DNA of 64,000 nucleotides, counting the filler, from Corallochytrium limacisporum Hawaii (Eukaryota; Protista; Pluriformea): assembly GCA_002811645.1 (NCBI GenBank). It is 10 parts of 10 records of this genome, joined end to end, with 100 filler letters (N's around TTAATTAATTAA, not from the genome) between each part and the next. Parts side by side here need not be neighbours in the genome. Positions count along the whole stretch, not along the records: positions 57,969 to 58,996 come from PDIP01000249.1; positions 59,097 to 60,342 come from PDIP01000083.1; positions 60,443 to 61,697 come from PDIP01000097.1; positions 61,798 to 62,873 come from PDIP01000240.1; positions 62,974 to 64,000 come from PDIP01000250.1; 5 more parts are not named here. The stretch is one strand, 5' to 3'. Below the pieces are notes generated by a model. It had not been told where the DNA came from and did not search any database. It saw only the letters and a program-made list of their open reading frames with translations. The position numbers were made by a program, and so were the translations under genes. Below, piece by piece: positions 58,167 through 64,000 of this stretch; position 1 is the stretch's first letter, and each line of letters opens with the position of its first letter.

Positions 58167-58919
58167 TACCAGAAATGAGTAACTGCGATGGCGATAAGCA
58201 ATCATATCACGAAACGTCGGATGAGATGGAGCAACGATTACCATGTGTGAAGCTTATTTGGGACAGGAAACAAAAGAATAAACTTGTGCATGAGTCTGCA
58301 TGTGCACTTTCTACCTACGCTTGATTACCTAAGAATTCGTGCTCTTTCGGCCTGGCAAGTCTGGCTCTGTGTTGTGTCTCTGCTGTTGCGTAGCGTATCA
58401 TGGACGTCAGCAAGGCGGTCCTAGCAGAACGGGGCCCAAAACACCACCACCTGACCGGAGCGAGGCACGGCGCTGCTGCCATCACAGAACATTATAAGAT
58501 TGCAAATTCAAACGAAACACAAGGCAGAGAGTGTGTGGCACATCCGCCCAGGTCCAGGGGCTGGTTGCTTGGGTTCGAACCCGGCTCTGGGTCCGCAAGG
58601 CGGACCATTGGCAGTCCGCGCGCCTCGGAGACCCGGAACAGGGGGGGGGGAGGGCAGGCCTCCGTCTCACTAACCCCCCCCCCCACTCTCCCAGGGCCCT
58701 TGAGCTCGGCTCACAGAAATCCCTCTACCGTTCGGCCTTCCCTTCCCCCGGGGGGGGGGGGGCAGCGGGAGGGAACCCCAAGCGCAAGAAATGAACGAGC
58801 CTTACTTTTCTTTTCCTTTGTCTCCTTTCTTTCTTTCTTTCCTCGTCTGCCGTCTCTTTTTTTTCGAATTTTTTCTCTCATTCGCCAAAATGAAGAAATT
58901 TCTGAGAGTATCTTCACTA

Positions 58920-58996
58920 CCAACCTCTGTTCAATAAAAAAGTGCATAATTTACATTATGGTTTGAAAGCTTCGTTTGAATCTTATAAAATCGGCT
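58920..58996 (+). mobile_element. Terminus (type L3) of mariner-like transposon
   Basis: CACTA|CCAACCTCTGTTCAAT..., matches the start of the 57781 copy. Confidence 0.8.
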
Positions 58997-60257
58997 NNNN
59001 NNNNNNNNNNNNNNNNNNNNNNNNNNNNNNNNNNNNNNNNTTAATTAATTAANNNNNNNNNNNNNNNNNNNNNNNNNNNNNNNNNNNNNNNNNNNNGGGG
59101 GGGGGAAGAAGATTGCGGGATAAGAAAGGAAGGAAGAAGGGAGGGGGGGGGTTCGAAGAGATAAACAAAAAAGAAAAACCAGAGAAAACTGACTAATCTT
59201 TTCACATGATTTTTCGACAGCCCTGGCCTCCTTAATTTTTTCTGTTCCCCTTTTATATTTTTTCCCTTGGTCCCGGGGGAGGGAGGCATAATCACCCTGA
59301 TTTGAAGGGGAAAAGGAAAAAGTGCCGGTACATTGAGTAGTCGTTCCGCGGGGCGGGGATTGGCCCCGTGGCTTGCAAGCCAACAGTGGCTTTAAGCCCC
59401 CCCGGGGGGGGGGGGTAGGGTTGCCCTGTGGTTCCCTTTGTTCTTGGGTGCTGCCTAGTGTACTGGTGAGGTTTTCCTCGTTGTGCAGTTACGGGATTTA
59501 GTATACCAAACTGGACAAGAAAGTAACGGTAGGGCTGAGCACTCCTGCTGCCAACTTAGTACGTCTTCGCAACTACCGATCTGGGCAATCAGCGGGTCTT
59601 GGAAGGCATCCGGCATGCTTAACTTGAGCACAGCTTCCATCCACCAGAACAACAACCCAGAGAACCGAGAATGATTCAGGAGCAGAATACTGCGCGTTCG
59701 GTCACCATCATCCTCCGTCTTGGCGTTTCTTTTTGATTCCTCGTGAAAAGTACTATCCGCTCATCTTACTGCCACATGATGCTGTCGCGGTGGTTCACCT
59801 TGGAGCTTTTCTCCAGACGCAAAGAGCAACGAGCCACCACCCAGCGGGGGGGCTGCCGAGACCAGGGCCAGGATTCATCCAATTTCATCAGCAGCGAGCC
59901 CAAAAAGTTTAAAAAAAACACATCGAATGATACCGGAACACACGCACTCACGCACACACACTCACACTCACGCATGCTCCCCCCCCCCGGGGGGATGCCA
60001 ACACACACACACACACGACACCTGATCACCTTCCCTGTCACGCCCTCATCGTTGATAGTGAATGTACTGGAACGAACACAACCAGGGCCATCGAAGGAAG
60101 GAAAACGCCGGCAGGAAAAATGGAGAAGAAAAAACTTTCCTTCCAGTGCGATCGGGGCTCCCTCACTGGCTGCCACGTCCATTAAAAGACGACGACGAAG
60201 GAAAAAAAAGGGGGGAAGGGAAGCCAAGAGAGAGAGAGAGAGACCAAGTTTTAAGTA

Positions 60258-60342
60258 CCACCCTCTGTCTGGTATGTCAGGGTCAAAACTCCGAAAAACT
60301 TGACTCCCGAGGATCTTTTTCAATCTTGATTGTAGGTTAATT
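60258..60342 (-). mobile_element. Right end (type R), inverted
   Basis: AAGTA|CCACCCTCTGTCTGGTATGTCAGGGTCAAAACTCCG..., the reverse complement of the R end. Confidence 0.8.
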
Positions 60343-60442
60343 NNNNNNNNNNNNNNNNNNNNNNNNNNNNNNNNNNNNNNNNNNNNTTAATTAATTAANN
60401 NNNNNNNNNNNNNNNNNNNNNNNNNNNNNNNNNNNNNNNNNN

Positions 60443-60515
60443 ACCAAGATTGAAAAAGATCCTCGGGAGTCAAGTTTTTCGGAGTTTTGACCCTGACATA
60501 CCAGACAGAGGGTGG
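60443..60515 (+). mobile_element. Right end (type R)
   Basis: ...GACCCTGACATACCAGACAGAGGGTGG|TACTG. Confidence 0.8.
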
Positions 60516-61618
60516 TACTGCCAACCCGGAACGCTCACCACTTGAGATGCCCCCCCCATCCCGGGGGAGCTCTCTGAACATTCCCTTCCGGGCCGTTTTC
60601 TCGTTTTGTACCGGGATAAATCCAAATTAATTACTATTCATGATAGGGCTTTCAGTGTTTTTCTTGGTTTTTGTTTTCCACTTTTTTTTTTAACTTTGCC
60701 CCCCCCCCCACCGCCGCCCTCCCTCCTCCCATCGTCGCGACGGACGAGGGGGCTTACCGCCCCCGGTGCAGCCAGGCTTTCGGGGGTAGGTACGGTTACC
60801 GTACACCCCCCCCACCCGAACCCTTAGTAGCCCGCTTGCGGCAAGGACAGTGTGGGGCACCGGACAGAGGGAGACGAGGGCGGTGGCCTGTGTTTGCGTG
60901 GTTTGACTGCCCGACTCCCCGCTCCCTCGCCAAAGACCCTGACTCTTTGCCTTTCTGACACGCAGGTCTTCACATGACAGTCGTGGAAACCCCCGTTCTC
61001 CCCTCCACCCAACCGCTCCTGTTCCATAGTAAAAATATGGCGCCTGCGGTGCGGTGAGAAAGGAGATAGAACAAAAAGCTGAGACAGGCATCGGGGGACC
61101 CAGTAGTGTCGGTGGAGGATGCAAAGGGGGGTCCCTTTAAGTTTCTAAGGAAAACAAAACACTCCCGCAATTTCCAGTACTTCCACTTTCCAATATTTTT
61201 TTCTTCTTTTTCATTGCGCAAGAACGTAAAAAGTTTTTGCCTTACGGCACAAGGCAAACAAAACTCATTCCTCGGTGTTTGCTTCTTGGCGGGTGGCAGC
61301 GAAGGCAACACACGCACACACACACACACAGAGCCCCCCGTTGACGCAGGTTTGGAGAACACCCCCACCAAAAGCTGCTGGCCATTCGCGCTGGTAGGGA
61401 GAAGAGTTAGGTATCCAATTGAAAAACTTCGAGTAGTAGTAGTACCCTGGAAAACGCGGGTTGGGCCGAGGTGAGGTAGCGATTGTACCCCACCAGATCA
61501 GGACCCGCAGGGGCCATCCTCACACATTTGGCCCCTTTGGTCGTTCTATTTGTTTTCCTTCCAGCGAAATGGGACAATTAACGAATCCTTCTCCTGCTTG
61601 TGGCGGCGGCTTTCAGTA

Positions 61619-61697
61619 CCACCCTCTGTCTGGGAATATTGTATCAAATCTACTCTTTTTGATTTAGCTCTGCCGTCGCTTGGGAGAGCGGGAAAAT
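61619..61697 (+). mobile_element. Terminus (type L1)
   Basis: CAGTA|CCACCCTCTGTCTGGGAATATTGTATC..., two differences from 19241-19319. Confidence 0.8.
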
Positions 61698-61934
61698 NNN
61701 NNNNNNNNNNNNNNNNNNNNNNNNNNNNNNNNNNNNNNNNNTTAATTAATTAANNNNNNNNNNNNNNNNNNNNNNNNNNNNNNNNNNNNNNNNNNNNCTT
61801 TTCTCTGCCCGCCCTCCCACCCAAAAAAAAACGCAAGAAGAAAAAACCTCCCGCCGTTCTTCGCGCGCCGCCAAAAAATCGCCCGATGACCATGCCGTGG
61901 GTAGCAAATACAAAATGGGCCCAGCTTGCCCTGC

Positions 61935-62035
61935 CACACCTGACGCACACACACCAACACACACATCCACAACACACATACATACATACATACACACAGC
62001 ACACACACATCCACAAGCATACCATACAAACATGC
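61935..62035. repeat. Imperfect (CA)n-rich microsatellite
   Basis: cacacaccaacacacacatccacaacacacatacatacatacatacacacagcacacacac. Confidence 0.7.
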
Positions 62036-64000
62036 TTCACAGAACCCGCCTGCCCCTCCTCTCTTCTTCTTCGTTCTTGCGGAACAACGCAGCCATTAAT
62101 CCCGCCTGATCCAAATCAAACCATCAACGCATTGGCTGAGGAAGGTATGGTAAAGCGATATTGCCAACCGAGTCACCCGACGAGCCTCTTTCCAGTCGTC
62201 CGTCCACACACGGGACCCCCCGATGCGATAAACCGTGGCCTACCCACAGATGCGGGCTAGGCGCCGACAAGCACAGAAAGTAGATGAAGAAGCAAAGTTT
62301 GGGACAAGATGAGACTAACAAAACAGACCAACCGGGCCAAAAAAGAAGACAAGAATGGCGGAAGCCATTCGGGCCAGAGGAGTGAAGGAAGGATGGGTTC
62401 CTGCTTTTCGTGGTGGCACCCGAAGGAACTGATGGTGCGAACCGATGGCTGACTGATTGTTGGGATGACCATCATGCGTATGGTCAGTGTTAATTTGTTC
62501 TGATGTAGAGAGATGCGACCATGGCGATATCGCTACAGAACGTCGCCTGAGATCAAGAGCTGCGTCAGTGAATGCCGCACAGACGGCCTGGTATGTGCAT
62601 GATCCATACCAACGTCCTGCCTGATGCTCCCGCGTGTGGTGATGGTGCATTAGCATGATGATGATGATCTGTGCGTGTCGCCAGCGGTGGTGGTGAGCAG
62701 GCAGACGTTCCCCCCCCCGGGGGGGGGAACCAAGCCAGCAGGGCCAAATTAAAAAAAAAACCAAACAAATTCAAGGAAAAAAAACCCGCCTCTTTTGCTT
62801 TCTTTGCCTTTGGGTGTTCCGCTACCTTCCTTCGTCATTTCCATTTTCTCCTTTTTTTTGTTCCCCCCCCCCCNNNNNNNNNNNNNNNNNNNNNNNNNNN
62901 NNNNNNNNNNNNNNNNNTTAATTAATTAANNNNNNNNNNNNNNNNNNNNNNNNNNNNNNNNNNNNNNNNNNNNCCCCGCTTGCCTCCTCCCCCCTGCCTC
63001 AGCCTCCGTTTCACCCTTTTCTCTCTCAGACCTTTTTCTTTTTTTCGGTTGCGCGGCACGGTTGCGATCTTCCACCCTTCCTCCGCCCCTCCCTTCTTAT
63101 TTTTTTTTTTTCGAACGGTTCTTGCTAACGGTTCTTAGTGGTTTCAATTCAACCGCCACGCTAGAGTATTATTCTCCAAAGGGCCGTTTGGGTTCTCTCT
63201 CTGCTGCTGTTTTTTTTTTCGTACGCCCATTTTCTTTTTACCCATTTTTTTTTGAAAGGATTTAACTTCTTGTCTTGTTTGGTCGCCGAAGAGGGGGGGG
63301 GGAAAGAAAGGGAGGGGATTCCCCTCCCTTCCTTACCTTCTTCTCCCTCCCCCCTTCCAGCTCTACCCCTCGCACATCCGAATGGCTTCGCGTGTTTTGT
63401 ATTGCCCTTGCTACCAGGTTTCACGTCCCCGTCCTTTATCATCAAACACTGAGAACGATGCAGTGGATTGATTTGCATGTTTTCAAGGTCATAATAATCT
63501 TGTGTGATCTGTTGCAATGCATAGTCCGAGATTGTGAGGTGTACACGGACACCCTCCCCCGTGTCCGTGTTTTAACCTGGGTTCGAACGTGTAGTGATTC
63601 AGTCGTCCTTCAACAGAGTTGCCGGTGTCTTAGCTGCACCGAGTTGGGTTGGTCCCTTCATTCCAGAATGTGTCACCAGCGAAGGAAAGTTACGGGATGT
63701 TCAATGTTTGCCGGCTTCAACACCCACCAGTATACCGGCATTGAACAAGAGTGGTTTCGGTGGGGTGGTAAGCAGCAGGCAGAGCACCAACGGGCACCGC
63801 TGCTACTCCGGGGGAGCTATCATTGTATGGCTCCTCCGTTGTCTTGTCCACTACACTTTTGATGATGCGTGTGGGTCTGGGGTGACAGATGACCGCATTT
63901 GGCCAAGGCGTAGACCTCACGGTATGTGTCAGACGCGGTTGCTATATATTTAGTATCGAGCGCCCCCCCCCCCTGTTCAAATTTTGCTTAACCCCCCCCC

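Noticed and set aside
58540-58600. tRNA or SINE suggested by GGTTCGAACCC (also GGTTCGAGTCC near 48073)
   Set aside because: No cloverleaf or properly spaced A-box could be found.
60258-60515. A single MITE with long perfect TIRs spanning the spacer
   Set aside because: Both pieces are copies of the same right end on different contigs, and adjacency across an artificial spacer is not evidence.
63594-63953. Thyroglobulin type-1-like FIPEC...DVQC motif
   Set aside because: It lacks the CWCV motif, an ATG start and a signal peptide, so it is likely chance.

Overview
Eukaryotic nuclear DNA made of about 10 contigs/scaffolds joined by artificial 100-bp spacers (44N-TTAATTAATTAA-44N), so adjacency across spacers is not evidence of linkage. 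All recognisable genes are single-exon ORFs, including 3.3-3.4 kb ones, which points to a very intron-poor opisthokont. A unicellular holozoan such as Corallochytrium is a plausible but unverified guess. Contig 1 (1-19369) is a compact housekeeping block: USP22/Ubp8, a UPF0658-like membrane protein, CCDC137, BolA3, a divergent uL2m, a membrane RING-H2 protein, cyclin H and exportin-7. The 31-kb scaffold (19470-50711) carries an atypical Na/K-type P2C ATPase with a rewired ion-binding site and a large protein ending in a UBR7-like module. It then has a sparse block of secreted or surface enzymes (OYE, GPI-type GH18, minimal M12B protease, YcnI-like copper protein) and ends in GGGTTAGGGT, possibly a telomere start. 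The main non-obvious structure is a family of Tc1/mariner DNA transposons. Eleven termini with Stowaway-like ends (TA|C(C)ACCCTCTG or TA|CCAACCTCTG) occur mostly at contig ends and prefer GTAC targets. A decayed plant-mariner (DD39D-like) transposase C-terminus, not present in the ORF track, lies at 54898-55246 and is fused to a pseudogenised secreted aerolysin/ETX-MTX2-like toxin gene.
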